Below, piece by piece: positions 26,870-36,687 of a DNA stretch of 64,000 bases. The DNA is taken from IMG/VR virus record IMGVR_UViG_3300045996_002451, positions 83,172-147,171 of that record; one strand, written 5' to 3'. The notes below the pieces were generated by a model. That model worked only from the letters and a program-made list of their open reading frames with translations, was not told the DNA's origin and ran no database searches. The stretch comes from a virus (Duplodnaviria; Heunggongvirae; Uroviricota; Caudoviricetes). The position numbers and the translations under genes are program-made. Positions within the stretch are counted from its first letter, which is position 1. Each line of letters begins with the position of its first letter.

Positions 26870-27594
26870 TGGCTCGATTGATTAAGGCCGGTCAAACGGA
26901 TGCTGCCAAGCGTCGCGTTTTCTTCGACTTGAGGGAAACGGACGGGGTTACCACGGCAGAGGGAGAAGAAGGCGGGCAACCGGTGCGGAGTACCTCTAGT
27001 GGGTACACGGAAGATGGCATCGGTACGCTGGTCTATATGGGACGCGGGACCTACTACGCGATTGTAGATACGGAGATCCTGACGGCAGGCGCCCTGTACG
27101 AGACGCGCTACAAAAGCGACAACACGGCGGAGTGTCCGGGGGACTCCCTGCAAGTGGTGGCGTTCGATCCGGACGACGCGGAAACCCTCGGCCTTGCGAT
27201 TCCAGAAGCAGTCAACGCGCTTCTGGAAGAAGAACATGGTACCGGCACCTGGGGAGCCAGTCTAGGCAATGGGGACCACGCCATCACGTTCCAACTCCTG
27301 GATAACCTGAGTGCGGTGGTGCCCAACATTCCGATCACGGTCAAGAACTCCGATGGGACGACCGTGATTGTGGGACCGTTGCCCACCAACTCGGAAGGTC
27401 AACTGGCGGTTAACCTGAACTCCGGAGAGTACCTGGTCCTGGTCCGCAGCAACATCTATTACGAACCGCTATCGGTCTACGAGCTGACAGTTGCGGGCGA
27501 CGACACGGTTGAGCTGGTCTTGACCAAGGTTTCCGCTACCGGTTCTTCCACGGTGACCAGTCTACCGCCGCAGGTCAATCGACCGTGGCGCTAG
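26869..27594 (+). CDS. Putative structural protein with carboxypeptidase-regulatory-like beta domain
   Basis: VPNIPITVKNSDG...TNSEGQLAVNLNSGEYLV pattern; TAATG coupling. Confidence 0.55.
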   Translation: MARLIKAGQTDAAKRRVFFDLRETDGVTTAEGEEGGQPVRSTSSGYTEDGIGTLVYMGRGTYYAIVDTEILTAGALYETRYKSDNTAECPGDSLQVVAFDPDDAETLGLAIPEAVNALLEEEHGTGTWGASLGNGDHAITFQLLDNLSAVVPNIPITVKNSDGTTVIVGPLPTNSEGQLAVNLNSGEYLVLVRSNIYYEPLSVYELTVAGDDTVELVLTKVSATGSSTVTSLPPQVNRPWR

Positions 27595-27595
27595 C

Positions 27596-27611
27596 TGTTA
27601 CACGGGTAACG
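27596..27611. promoter_or_regulatory. Motif A copy (TGTTACACGGGTAACG)
   Basis: Exact 14-mer, 1 nt after the TAG at 27594. Confidence 0.85.
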
Positions 27612-27612
27612 C

Positions 27613-27628
27613 GTATGACGCGTCATAC
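27613..27628. promoter_or_regulatory. Motif B, perfect 16-bp palindrome GTATGACGCGTCATAC
   Basis: Directly adjacent to motif A. Confidence 0.85.
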
Positions 27629-27727
27629 CAACTTAGAAGCGCCGTACGCAAACGGGTAACCTTCTTTCGAAGCCTCCTTTTGTTCTTCGCAGAAACGTAT
27701 CTCTGCGCCTTTTTTGATTTGAGACCT

Positions 27728-28249
27728 ATGGAACACGCGGTTGTCTCAGAGGCGATCTCTTTACAGGTCGCTCCACCGACAGTGGTGGAAAAGTTGGGGT
27801 ACTACCCCAAGTGGATCATCGAGAAGTTCGATGAGCACGGCGTTTTGATGGAGCGCATCGAAGAGGATGGAAACCTCCTCTTGACCGCAGGGGTTACGTG
27901 TATCTGGAAGCGGTTTGCTGGACAGACCGCGACCGCCTTCGATGGCACCGCCAAGATCGGCGTCGGAGACTCCAGCACGGCTGAGAGCGCTGCCCAGACG
28001 GATCTCCAGGCCGCCACCAACAAGCTATTTAACACCGTGACCGGGGCTCCGGTAGTCTCCGGAAACAAGATCACGTACATCGCTTCCTTTACCTCGGGTC
28101 AAGCGGAGTGGAACTGGAAAGAGCTGGCGCTGAAGAACAACACCGACGGGGTGGTCTTCAACCGTAAGGTCAACGCCGCAGGTTGGGGAGACAAGAGTCT
28201 TACGCCTGGTTCCACCTGGACTGTGACGCTCGAACTCACCCTCAGCTAA
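27728..28249 (+). CDS. Tail-collar/fibre-attachment-like protein, paralog of 22107-22508
   Basis: LLLTAGV...KIGVGDSSTA...QTDL...WNWKELAL...WTVTLELTL; ATG 27728 preferred over TTG 27680. Confidence 0.6.
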   Translation: MEHAVVSEAISLQVAPPTVVEKLGYYPKWIIEKFDEHGVLMERIEEDGNLLLTAGVTCIWKRFAGQTATAFDGTAKIGVGDSSTAESAAQTDLQAATNKLFNTVTGAPVVSGNKITYIASFTSGQAEWNWKELALKNNTDGVVFNRKVNAAGWGDKSLTPGSTWTVTLELTLS

Positions 28250-28259
28250 AGGTATTGCT

Positions 28260-28793
28260 GTGAACGAGACTGCACGCACCCGCGAGGAGTTTAACTCCGC
28301 CTTACACGAGGTGGGGGTGTGGGCGCTCTACACACGCACCGATCGCCGGTTTCCGTGTCGAACGTGTACGCGCGCGGAAACCGTAACCAGTCGTCCTGAT
28401 TGCCTGACGTGCTACGGCACGGGCTACAAGACGGTACTGGAACCCTGGCTGGTCCAGTGGGCCAACAGCCTCCGGCGTCCCGCTCAGGTAGACCCGGTAG
28501 CCTCCCGCATGGGCATCAGTGCCGAGAACATTCCGGTGGTGATCAGCCGGGCAAAAGATGTCCCGGTCTCCGGGGATCGCTTCTTCTTTGTGGACTGGGA
28601 TGTGGAGTGGGAGAACGTTCCGCGCGGCGGACGTCCCGTCAACGTCATCCAGGGTGTCCAGGTAGGCGTGGTGGATCCGTTCTTCATTCGAGAAGTGATC
28701 TACTACATTTCGTACACGACCTACCTGACGGAGCAGCTCAACGTTTACGAGCGCTCCATTCTCAAAGCCCCTATTGAGCCAGCTCGGCTCTAA
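28260..28793 (+). CDS. Putative neck/head-closure protein with Zn-finger insert
   Basis: FPCRTC...PDCLTCYGTGY; position between head and tail modules. Confidence 0.55.
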   Translation: MNETARTREEFNSALHEVGVWALYTRTDRRFPCRTCTRAETVTSRPDCLTCYGTGYKTVLEPWLVQWANSLRRPAQVDPVASRMGISAENIPVVISRAKDVPVSGDRFFFVDWDVEWENVPRGGRPVNVIQGVQVGVVDPFFIREVIYYISYTTYLTEQLNVYERSILKAPIEPARL

Positions 28794-28802
28794 GAGAAGC
28801 GC

Positions 28803-30251
28803 ATGATCAGCATCGACTTTCTTCTGGTCGGTGACGCCTTGGATGGTCCCGAAGGGGAGATCCTAGAGCTGCGCGATCTCGAGCATGCCTTCTCGGTCTA
28901 CGGTGGTTACCTTTACACCGCGACCACCCTGGCTACCGGCGCCACAGGTTATACCCTACCCGCCACTCCCTGGGGTGAAGAGGTCGCACCGCTCGGGCTA
29001 GACAGCGACGGGGCGTACATCCCGAAGTCCTTATTTGAGTTTTCCGTCAACGGTACGGCCCTGACCTGGACCCGCAACGGCGACTGGGATCGGTACGAAG
29101 ACACGGATCCCAGCGTGGCTCCGGATCTGATCTTCCGGTACCCTGGTGTTCCGGGAACGACGTCGCTCTTGAAAGGGGTGCTCGCCGCCCAGGGAGTCGG
29201 GGTGCGCATCCACACCCTCCGGATCGGCGGGGAGATTGCCAGCGTTACCAGCTCCGGTTGGACCTTTACCGCAAAGCATCCGGGTGCCCGTTATAACGGC
29301 ACGGTCGTTACGGTCGAGGACGGCGTAGTCACCGTTGAGCCTGCACCTGGTACGGGACGCGTCAGAGTCTACGAGCCGGACAGCGACGCCCACTTGTGGG
29401 AACTGCTTAGCCGGGACATGGACCGGGAATGGCAGCCGCTTTACTTCTCCGGACCGCTGAGCACCACCGCGCTGACGCTGCCGGAAGCTACCTACACCCT
29501 GGCAGGAGGAACCAATGGCTCTCTTACTCCAGCACTCTTTGCCGATTGGCTAGAGACGTACGACCTGACCGGTATCGATGTGGTCTGTCCCGTAGGGTTT
29601 ACTACGGAAGACGTCCGTGATACCGGCGTGTTAGACATCCTGGCTGCGGGGGGTTATCCGACCCTCCTGGTAGCACAGGCTACCACCACCGGTGCCGCGC
29701 TCTCCGGCGTAACCCATACCGAAGAGAACCTGGTCTCGGTGGCGTTCAAGGTACGTTACGACACCGGTACCGCTTACGAGCGGACGGATGACGGGGCTCC
29801 GATGGCGGCGGCGCTGATCGCTTCGCGCCTCCATGGGATCACCCTGGCCCCATTGCCGCAAGGTCGCAGTTACCCCAGGTTGACCCAGGACGAGCTGCAC
29901 GCGGTGACGAGCGCCGGTCACCTCTGCGCGTACCAAAGTATCTCCAAGGGAGAAGCCTTGTGGTATGGCGTTACGGGCGACACGGAATGGCCGATCTCGG
30001 TCTACCGCTCGCTGCAAGAAGTAGCGCGCATCCTGTACGAAGTGCTGGAACCACACCTGGGCCAGAACCTCGTGAGTTTGACGGAGATTGAAGCCCAACT
30101 GGCTAACCCGCTGGCTAGAGCGCGCGGGGGTGTCGTGCACAACTGGTCGCTGCGTCAGCAGAACCAGTCCTTGATCGCAGACGTCGAGTTTATCCCGTAC
30201 GGAGAAGTCCGCGTAGTGAAAGCTACCATTGCTTTAGGAGTAACTGGATGA
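28803..30251 (+). CDS. Divergent tail-sheath-like protein (second sheath paralog)
   Basis: LRDLEHAFSVYG, HTLRIGG, SVYRSLQEV...LEPHLGQN, LIADVEFIPYGEVRVVKATI parallel the 31225 sheath's N- and C-terminal motifs. Confidence 0.6.
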   Translation: MISIDFLLVGDALDGPEGEILELRDLEHAFSVYGGYLYTATTLATGATGYTLPATPWGEEVAPLGLDSDGAYIPKSLFEFSVNGTALTWTRNGDWDRYEDTDPSVAPDLIFRYPGVPGTTSLLKGVLAAQGVGVRIHTLRIGGEIASVTSSGWTFTAKHPGARYNGTVVTVEDGVVTVEPAPGTGRVRVYEPDSDAHLWELLSRDMDREWQPLYFSGPLSTTALTLPEATYTLAGGTNGSLTPALFADWLETYDLTGIDVVCPVGFTTEDVRDTGVLDILAAGGYPTLLVAQATTTGAALSGVTHTEENLVSVAFKVRYDTGTAYERTDDGAPMAAALIASRLHGITLAPLPQGRSYPRLTQDELHAVTSAGHLCAYQSISKGEALWYGVTGDTEWPISVYRSLQEVARILYEVLEPHLGQNLVSLTEIEAQLANPLARARGGVVHNWSLRQQNQSLIADVEFIPYGEVRVVKATIALGVTG

Positions 30252-31168
30252 GCGCGCTAGATCCAGATTTCCGAGTCGTGCGGCTACTCAAGTACATCGA
30301 CCAGCAGACCTTTCCCCAGATCGTGGGGGAGCTGGTGCGCAATCATCCGGATCTGCGCCATGTGAGTTACAGCAACGTCTTTGACTCCGAGAATGGTGAG
30401 ACGCGGGACCTGCCAAAGATTGTCTGGACGCTCAAGCATCGCCTACCCGGCAAAGCAGACATCGAACGGTATAAAGCCCGCCTCCGACCGGACTCTACCT
30501 GGCGCAATGAGGACGGGAGCTGGTCGAAGTTGTACGCCCAGTACATGAACTGTCTCTGGCAGTTCGACGTGCTGAGCCGCAACGCTTCTGAAGCGGACGA
30601 GATCCTGTACCGTTTTGAGTCCGCTCTCATGGGAGCGATCTCGGAGTTCAAGATTCTGGGTCCCTTCGAGCTGTTCTTTGAGGAGCAACTGGAAGATGTG
30701 CACTTGCCGAAGACCAAGGACGTGCACGTGCGCAGCATCCGTTTCCGCACCTTCATGGAACAGAACCACGTGCAGACGGTAGGTTCGATCGATGAGATCC
30801 GGTTGCGGACGTTTACTCCGCAGGACCAGGGTTGGGAAACGGTGGTACGTGGAGCTACTTCTCCAGAACGCCAACCTCAGCTCGACATCCTGACTCAGAC
30901 TCACATTTCCAACATCCTCTGCGTCTCGGCAGAGCAACCGACGGGGATCGCACGAGCTTCGGAGCCAATTGTCTATGGGACGGCTTCTGATCATCGTGAC
31001 GCGGCGGAGTACGTCAAAGGCGTCGACTACGACACAGTCTACGAACGTGAGACTGGACTGACCGGCATCGAATGGCTGGCACCTGGCAAGAAACCTGCCG
31101 CGGGAGAAAGCTACTTCGTTCGGTACATCTACTGGACTGCCTTCTCGACCCTCTACATTCCCCTCTGA
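30248..31168 (+). CDS. Putative tail terminator/completion protein
   Basis: LWQFDVLSRNASEADEIL.RFE...F motif typical of tail-completion proteins; directly before sheath. Confidence 0.55.
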   Translation: MSALDPDFRVVRLLKYIDQQTFPQIVGELVRNHPDLRHVSYSNVFDSENGETRDLPKIVWTLKHRLPGKADIERYKARLRPDSTWRNEDGSWSKLYAQYMNCLWQFDVLSRNASEADEILYRFESALMGAISEFKILGPFELFFEEQLEDVHLPKTKDVHVRSIRFRTFMEQNHVQTVGSIDEIRLRTFTPQDQGWETVVRGATSPERQPQLDILTQTHISNILCVSAEQPTGIARASEPIVYGTASDHRDAAEYVKGVDYDTVYERETGLTGIEWLAPGKKPAAGESYFVRYIYWTAFSTLYIPL

Positions 31169-31224
31169 CCTAGGTAACTCGTAAGAGCTACCGACCCTTC
31201 CTTTTCGCTAAAGGAGCTTCCTTC

Positions 31225-32922
31225 ATGGCACAGTTCGAACACCTGCCGAGCATCCAGTTCACGACCCACAATGGCGGGCTGGCGCTCGTTCGCACCCGTC
31301 CTTCCACGGACCGGCTGATCATCATCGCGCCTGCGGTGGATGGTCCTACCGAACAGATCATCGACGCGCAGACCATTGTCTCTCCCGAGAACCTGTACGG
31401 TCCGATCAACTTCACCTCGTCCTACACCCGACCTTCCGGCGTAGGCAGCGCGGAGCTGTTCAACGGCAACCACCTGATGAAGGCCGTGCGCGAAGCGATG
31501 AGCGCGGGCGCCGCCAGCATCTACTTGCTGCGCGTCGGTGGTACCAAGGCGACCGACAGCCTCACCATCGCCGGTAACGCGGCGTCGGGAGACCTGACGG
31601 CCAACGCCCTGTACGCTGGACGGATCTACAACTCCGTGACCCTCACCTTCACCTCCGGAGCCGCTTCCGGTAAGTGCGTCGTGGCTCAGCCGGACGTCAA
31701 GGGTGGAGCCTTCACCCTGAGCTGGAGCGGGGAGTCCTCGGGTCTGACCGTGCGCGAAGCCATCGATCGCCTCAACACCGATGGACGCAACCGCACCTTC
31801 GTGCTCCAGAATGACTCCGTGGACGGTACGGTAGCAGCTCGCCTGCTGAACGGTACCATCACCCTGACGGGTGGTCTGGACGGAACGTTCCGCGATGACG
31901 CCGACTACCGGGTCAACCTGTACGAAGCCTTCCAGGATGCGTTCCAGTTCCTGGAGGATGAAGGGTTCGAAGTAGACGTGAACCTGATCGCCGGTCTTTA
32001 CCTGGACGACAAGGTAGCTGGGGACAATACGACCTCGGTGGCACAGGACTTCGCGGAGTACCTGGCGCGTCGTTCCATGGATCACCCGCAGATCGGGGTC
32101 ATCGGCGTCCGCCCGCTGGCGAACCTCTCCAGCCGCAGCAAGATCGTCGAGCGCTACGATGCGCTTGTAACGGAGGATGCCGGTGCGTTCGGAGCCGTCT
32201 CCGATAAGTGCACCAACGCAGGCTACTTCATGCACCAGGGGTTCCGCTACCAGGACTCCACCACCGGGCTGGACATCGACGCGGGCGCCTACCTCCAGGT
32301 AGTAGCCGGGGATGTTTACATCAGTGACCGGGACGTCTCGCTCTACACGGAAAGCGCTGCCGCGGTTTACGCCGGTACCCTTTGCCGACTGAAGCCGTAC
32401 AAGGCGGCGAGCAACGAGCTGGTGCGCGGGATCTACGATCTGCCGTACACCTACTCGCGCACGCAGCTCAACGCGCTTACGGGCGGTCTGGGACGTGATG
32501 CGACGCGTGCTTACGAAGGGGCAGGCGCGTATGTGACCGTGCGCAAGAATCGCGGCGTGGTCTTCACCCGCGACGTCACGGCCTCGGCGCGCGACAATGA
32601 CTTCCGGGACCTCCAGCCACTGCGCCTGGCGAATGCTGTGCACAAGGGTGTGAAGGACCTGGTCTTCCCGTACCTGGGTGGTCCGAACGACATCTCGGTA
32701 CGCCTGGGCCTGGAAACCAAGATCAAGGGCTTCTTGGACGGACTGGCCGACGCTCGCGCCCTCCTGGGTGGCGAGAACGTAGGGTACACCCTGGAAGTAC
32801 TCGGTGCTGATTCCGATCCGTTCTCGAACATCCTCGGGATCCTCCAAATCAACATGACGCTCGTTCCCGCGCTCCAGATCAAAGAGATCCGGGTCAGCGT
32901 GCGGATGTCGCGCCAGCTCTAA
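31225..32922 (+). CDS. Tail sheath protein
   Basis: 565 aa; GAASIYLLRVGG, LQPLRLANAVHKGVKDLVFPYLGGPN, INMTLVPALQIKEIRVSV; AAAGGAG RBS; strong codon bias. Confidence 0.88.
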   Translation: MAQFEHLPSIQFTTHNGGLALVRTRPSTDRLIIIAPAVDGPTEQIIDAQTIVSPENLYGPINFTSSYTRPSGVGSAELFNGNHLMKAVREAMSAGAASIYLLRVGGTKATDSLTIAGNAASGDLTANALYAGRIYNSVTLTFTSGAASGKCVVAQPDVKGGAFTLSWSGESSGLTVREAIDRLNTDGRNRTFVLQNDSVDGTVAARLLNGTITLTGGLDGTFRDDADYRVNLYEAFQDAFQFLEDEGFEVDVNLIAGLYLDDKVAGDNTTSVAQDFAEYLARRSMDHPQIGVIGVRPLANLSSRSKIVERYDALVTEDAGAFGAVSDKCTNAGYFMHQGFRYQDSTTGLDIDAGAYLQVVAGDVYISDRDVSLYTESAAAVYAGTLCRLKPYKAASNELVRGIYDLPYTYSRTQLNALTGGLGRDATRAYEGAGAYVTVRKNRGVVFTRDVTASARDNDFRDLQPLRLANAVHKGVKDLVFPYLGGPNDISVRLGLETKIKGFLDGLADARALLGGENVGYTLEVLGADSDPFSNILGILQINMTLVPALQIKEIRVSVRMSRQL

Positions 32923-32936
32923 CCCTTCCTTGCTTT

Positions 32937-32973
32937 GAGGGGCCCTGAAGACGACTGAGGGGCCCCCTCTTTT
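32937..32973 (+). terminator. Terminator after sheath gene
   Basis: GAGGGGCCC...GGGGCCCCCTC-TTTT. Confidence 0.6.
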
Positions 32974-32991
32974 CCGATTGAGCACACTCCT

Positions 32992-33720
32992 ATGGGAAAC
33001 TCTCGACAGGTCCAGGGCGCAGTTCGTCTTGAAGGGGACACTCCCTACAAGGCGTTTAGCGGTGCCCAGATCCAGGCCGTTATTAACGACAAGGCGGTAG
33101 GGTCGCTGCAAGCGTGCACTGTTAGTGTTACGCGCGAAGTCGCGGCCATCTACGGCATGGGTTCTGCCGACCCTCGCACCTTCGTGAAGGGCAAGCGCGG
33201 CATCGCCGGTACCCTGGTCTTCAGCCAGTTCGATCGCCACGCGGTCCTCTTCGACGTATTCGATGGGCTGCACGGTCAGAACATGAACAGTGGTCGAATG
33301 GACCTGGTTACCAGCCGGTTCGCCCGGATGACCCAGGACCAGGGACTCCTGAGCCAGAAGCCGATTTCCAGCTCGAACTGGTCCAGCGATCAGACGATCA
33401 GCAACTCGCTCAAGAACTTCGGTTCCCCGATTGCAGACGATCTGGCGCAGATGCTGAAGTCCGTTTACGGAATGGTAGGAGCGCACAAGCTGCGCTACGC
33501 CGACCAGATCCCGGAGTTCGACATCACCCTGACCATGGTGGATGAGTCGGGCGCGGCCTCGTTCTGCGTTATCGGCGGCATCACCCTGGTGAACGAAGGC
33601 TTCGGGTTCTCCTTGGATGACTTGACCAGCGAGACCGCCTACACCTACGTGGCGCGGTACATCACTCCGCTGACCTCGATCACCCAGGGTCGAAACTTCG
33701 AGCGAACCCGCATCGCTTAG
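32992..33720 (+). CDS. Tail tube protein
   Basis: GSLQACTVSVTREVAAIYGMGSADPRTFVKGKRGIAGTLVF...DQIPEFDITLT...ETAYTYVA; follows sheath. Confidence 0.8.
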   Translation: MGNSRQVQGAVRLEGDTPYKAFSGAQIQAVINDKAVGSLQACTVSVTREVAAIYGMGSADPRTFVKGKRGIAGTLVFSQFDRHAVLFDVFDGLHGQNMNSGRMDLVTSRFARMTQDQGLLSQKPISSSNWSSDQTISNSLKNFGSPIADDLAQMLKSVYGMVGAHKLRYADQIPEFDITLTMVDESGAASFCVIGGITLVNEGFGFSLDDLTSETAYTYVARYITPLTSITQGRNFERTRIA

Positions 33721-33730
33721 TCCCTGCAGT

Positions 33731-33758
33731 AAGGCCCCAGGGTTAACCCTGGGGCCTT
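33731..33758. repeat. 28-bp perfect palindrome (likely terminator hairpin)
   Basis: AAGGCCCCAGGGTTAACCCTGGGGCCTT. Confidence 0.8.
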
Positions 33759-33779
33759 TACTCTGGGTTGAGGTAGCAC

Positions 33780-34493
33780 GTGGCTAACGATGAAATGCGT
33801 CGGTTTGTAACCGGCGACGAGTACAACAAGACTTATCCGGGAGCGTTCTCTGCTACCGATATCGAAGCCGTCATGGTATTACCTGGCGGTGAGTTGTTTC
33901 GTCTAGGCTCCTTAGCTGCGATCAGTATTTCCACGCACCGGGATGCGTTCCCGGTGACCAGCATGGGCTCCATCAAGCCGCGCGGCTTCACCCGCGGACA
34001 CGTTACGGTAGGTGGCACGCTCCTGTTCCATACCCTGGACCGAGCCGCCCTCGGGACGGTGGGCGGGGCAACGAATCGCGTGACATCCATCACGCAGCAA
34101 ACCGAAGCGACTCCGGCGCGCGCCGATCAACTGCCCCTGTTTGACGTGTACCTCACCTACGTGAACGAGATCGGGATGCTTTCGGTGGAACGCATCTTCG
34201 GTCTGGTACTGCTGGACTTTGGTAAGACCGTCTCACTCGAGAATCTGGTCCCCATGGAACAGTACAGCTACATGGCGCTGGACTACGCGCCGTTGCAGTC
34301 GGTGTTGACCTCCGCGCCGCAAAGCTTGAAGATCGAGCCGACCGCCTCGCAGAAGCGTAGCCCCAAAGTGTACAGCAGCGGCGAGCCCACGTTCCAGAGT
34401 CCGTGGAACATGGACAATCTCCAGCCGGAAACCATCTCCCAAAAGGTGTTGCGGTACGAACGCTACCTGGCTACTGAAAGTGAGGGCACCTAG
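33780..34493 (+). CDS. Tail tube paralog 2
   Basis: GSLAAISISTHRDAFPV..MG...PRGFTRGHVTVGGTLLF...DQLPLFDVYLT mirrors the 32992 tube. Confidence 0.75.
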   Translation: MANDEMRRFVTGDEYNKTYPGAFSATDIEAVMVLPGGELFRLGSLAAISISTHRDAFPVTSMGSIKPRGFTRGHVTVGGTLLFHTLDRAALGTVGGATNRVTSITQQTEATPARADQLPLFDVYLTYVNEIGMLSVERIFGLVLLDFGKTVSLENLVPMEQYSYMALDYAPLQSVLTSAPQSLKIEPTASQKRSPKVYSSGEPTFQSPWNMDNLQPETISQKVLRYERYLATESEGT

Positions 34494-35330
34494 ATGCCGC
34501 ACATTGATGTTCGTAACACCCGCGTCCAGGATGGTGAGACTGTCTGGAAGTCCGTGGACGAATGGTACCAGACCTACTGGTCGGGAATGGACGCGCGTTT
34601 TTACGCGGGTAACATCCTCTTGGATGAGCTGATCTCACTTCAGTGGGAGATGCAGGAAGCGGTGATGCCGATTATTGGCTACGCGGACTACACCCATCGT
34701 CGTGCGATCCACGGTACCCGCCGAGTTCAAGGTGCGATCCACATGAACTTCAAGCGGGAAGGTTACCTGTACGAGATCCTGCGCGCTCTTTCCAGCCCCG
34801 ATACTGGAGCACAGAGTGGTGTAGGCCAGGAAAAGAATCTTCCGGCTTGGCGATTGGCACGCACCGGTACCGCTACTGTAGAAGACTTCACTGCCTTGGT
34901 AGCGGAGAATCCGACCAAGCCGGTAAGCACGGGTTCTGGGGCCAAGATACTCAAGACGCCTGCCTCCGCGGCGCGCTTGAAGAGTGTGACGACTGCGTTC
35001 GAAGAGGCGATCTGGGGACAGCTACCTGCGGGACCCCCCTTGCCTGCGTTGCAAGAGAGTTTGCGTTTTACTCAGCTCAACCGACCGCGCTTTGCGCTCG
35101 AAGAGCCGTTTGACCTGAACATCCAGTTTGGTTCCGTCAGCCCGACGGAGCTGGCCCAGCGAGAGTTCATTGAGAAGACTAAGCAGGTGTCGGACACCTC
35201 GGTAGGGATGCCCGTCTCCACCTCCTTAAAGATCGTAGCTGTGGACATCAACGGTCGTCAGACCGTTTACGATGACAGCGGCAGGCCGATTGCTGAAACT
35301 TACGCCTTCATCGCGAAGGACGTCGTCTAG
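34494..35330 (+). CDS. Tail tube paralog 3 / tube initiator
   Basis: LISLQWEMQEAVMPIIGYAD...IHGTRRVQGAIHMNF...EEPFDLNIQFG, a tube-family pattern. Confidence 0.65.
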   Translation: MPHIDVRNTRVQDGETVWKSVDEWYQTYWSGMDARFYAGNILLDELISLQWEMQEAVMPIIGYADYTHRRAIHGTRRVQGAIHMNFKREGYLYEILRALSSPDTGAQSGVGQEKNLPAWRLARTGTATVEDFTALVAENPTKPVSTGSGAKILKTPASAARLKSVTTAFEEAIWGQLPAGPPLPALQESLRFTQLNRPRFALEEPFDLNIQFGSVSPTELAQREFIEKTKQVSDTSVGMPVSTSLKIVAVDINGRQTVYDDSGRPIAETYAFIAKDVV

Positions 35331-35332
35331 GT

Positions 35333-35348
35333 TGTTACACGGGTAACA
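35333..35348. promoter_or_regulatory. Motif A copy (TGTTACACGGGTAACA)
   Basis: Exact 16-mer 2 nt after the TAG at 35330. Confidence 0.85.
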
Positions 35349-35352
35349 CCGA

Positions 35353-36120
35353 TTGTCAGGAGATTGTATGTCCGTAGGAATGGTTGATCCGGGCCAGATG
35401 CAGAAGCTCACCCACGTCGACAAGGTGGAGCTGACCCCGGAGATCGTGGCCCAGATTAAGAAAGAGTTGGCGGATCAGGGACTGCCCACCAAGATCTACA
35501 AGTTCGTCTTTGATGGCGACGAGTTCGTGTTCCGCCCGCTCTATAAGAAGGACTGGAACCGTATCCAGGCCCACGCCAAGGAGTTCGAGAGCACCTTCAC
35601 TCCCGATGACCTGGATGAGAAGATCTGTCAGACCGGGGTGATTTTCCCGGACACCATGTTCCATCCGATCCAGTGGCAGGTACAGCGCGCCGGTTACTCT
35701 GGTTCCCTGGCCAAGCTGGTCCTGGCCAAGTCCGGTTTCTACGATCCCGACGTGGACCAGAGCGACATCCTCTCGGTAGAAGCCCTGGGTGAGGTGGAGA
35801 AGGATCCGAAGCCGACCGACGAGATCGTGGCTGAGCTGAAGGAGAAGTTCCCGAACTGGGCCTCGACGCTCAAGCTGGTCAACGTCGGTGACGAGTACTT
35901 CGTGGTGCGCCCGATTACCCGGGGTGAATGGAAGGGTGTGCAACAGGATCCCCGCGGCGACTCGGACCTGGCCACCGTAGAGCGCGCCTGTGTCTGGAGT
36001 CGGGAGTATCCCGAGAAGCCCAAGTATGCCGACAAGATGGCCGGAACGATCCGCGCGATCTCAGAAGTCGTGATGCATATCTCGGCCTTCATGGTGCAGG
36101 GTACGGTCGAACCCCTTTAA
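35353..36120 (+). CDS. Tail assembly chaperone with two tandem domains (start may be ATG 35368)
   Basis: Internal duplication DEFVFRPLYKKDW / DEYFVVRPITRGEW; position after tube genes. Confidence 0.6.
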   Translation: MSGDCMSVGMVDPGQMQKLTHVDKVELTPEIVAQIKKELADQGLPTKIYKFVFDGDEFVFRPLYKKDWNRIQAHAKEFESTFTPDDLDEKICQTGVIFPDTMFHPIQWQVQRAGYSGSLAKLVLAKSGFYDPDVDQSDILSVEALGEVEKDPKPTDEIVAELKEKFPNWASTLKLVNVGDEYFVVRPITRGEWKGVQQDPRGDSDLATVERACVWSREYPEKPKYADKMAGTIRAISEVVMHISAFMVQGTVEPL

Positions 36121-36145
36121 CGCTGTAGTCCCCTAAAGACTGCTC

Positions 36146-36183
36146 CCTGGAGTAGCGGGCGCCTCCGCTACTCCAGGTCTTCT
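36146..36183 (+). terminator. Terminator-like hairpin
   Basis: CCTGGAGTAGCGG-GCGCCT-CCGCTACTCCAGG-TCTTCT. Confidence 0.6.
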
Positions 36184-36205
36184 CCCTCTTCCCAGGAGTA
36201 AACCC

Positions 36206-36490
36206 ATGGTTCCGCACATCGGTAAGATCATTGAGACCGTCGTCGCTGCCCTCACGACGATCACCGCTTTTGTCGGAGTAGCCGAAGACCTGTTCCAGGG
36301 TGGTCAGCGCGGCGCTGAGAAGAAGACGTACGTCGTGGGCGAAGTCTCCAAGCTGCTCGGCAGCAAGGTGAACGCTTTCTGGAGCGGTGACCTCGGCAAG
36401 GTCGTGATCGCCATCCTCATCGACGTGATCGTGTCCGCGGTAAACCGAGAGGGAAACCCCTCGACCTCTCCAGCGCCGTCCGCCAGCTAA
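36206..36490 (+). CDS. Holin-like protein (LL-H-type pattern)
   Basis: Hydrophobic N-terminal helix, VAEDLFQGGQRGAEKKTYV...ILIDVIVSAVN resembles the AAEQ...GAEKK...LIEAAV pattern; AGGAG RBS. Confidence 0.55.
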   Translation: MVPHIGKIIETVVAALTTITAFVGVAEDLFQGGQRGAEKKTYVVGEVSKLLGSKVNAFWSGDLGKVVIAILIDVIVSAVNREGNPSTSPAPSAS

Positions 36491-36669
36491 AGCGTGCCGG
36501 TTGGCGCGCTGTGAAGAAGCAGGCTGGTGAGGTAATCGCGGATAAGCTAACCGACCTCTTGATGCTGGAAGCCCAGGAGCGCCTCGGACTGCCTACTAAA
36601 GACGGACTGCAGATCAAAGTCAATCCTGCTAAGCAGTCTGTCTGGATCGGCTGGCGTAAAAGCTTCTGA
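36457..36669 (+). CDS. -1-frame continuation of the holin-like gene (or separate 52-aa ORF from GTG 36511); missing from ORF track
   Basis: Open -1 frame PLDLSSAVRQLKRAGWRAVKKQAGEVIADKLTDLL...WIGWRKSF* following heptamer G GGA AAC at 36451-36457. Confidence 0.55.
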   Translation, partial: PLDLSSAVRQLKRAGWRAVKKQAGEVIADKLTDLLMLEAQERLGLPTKDGLQIKVNPAKQSVWIGWRKSF

Positions 36670-36687
36670 CCGATCCACTCCCGTTGT

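Noticed and set aside
14803-34614. Weaker motif-A look-alikes at 14803, 17529, 19257, 19571, 27647 and 34599
   Set aside because: Two or more mismatches, and all but 27647 fall in Tyr/Thr-Gly codons; compatible with chance, so not counted.
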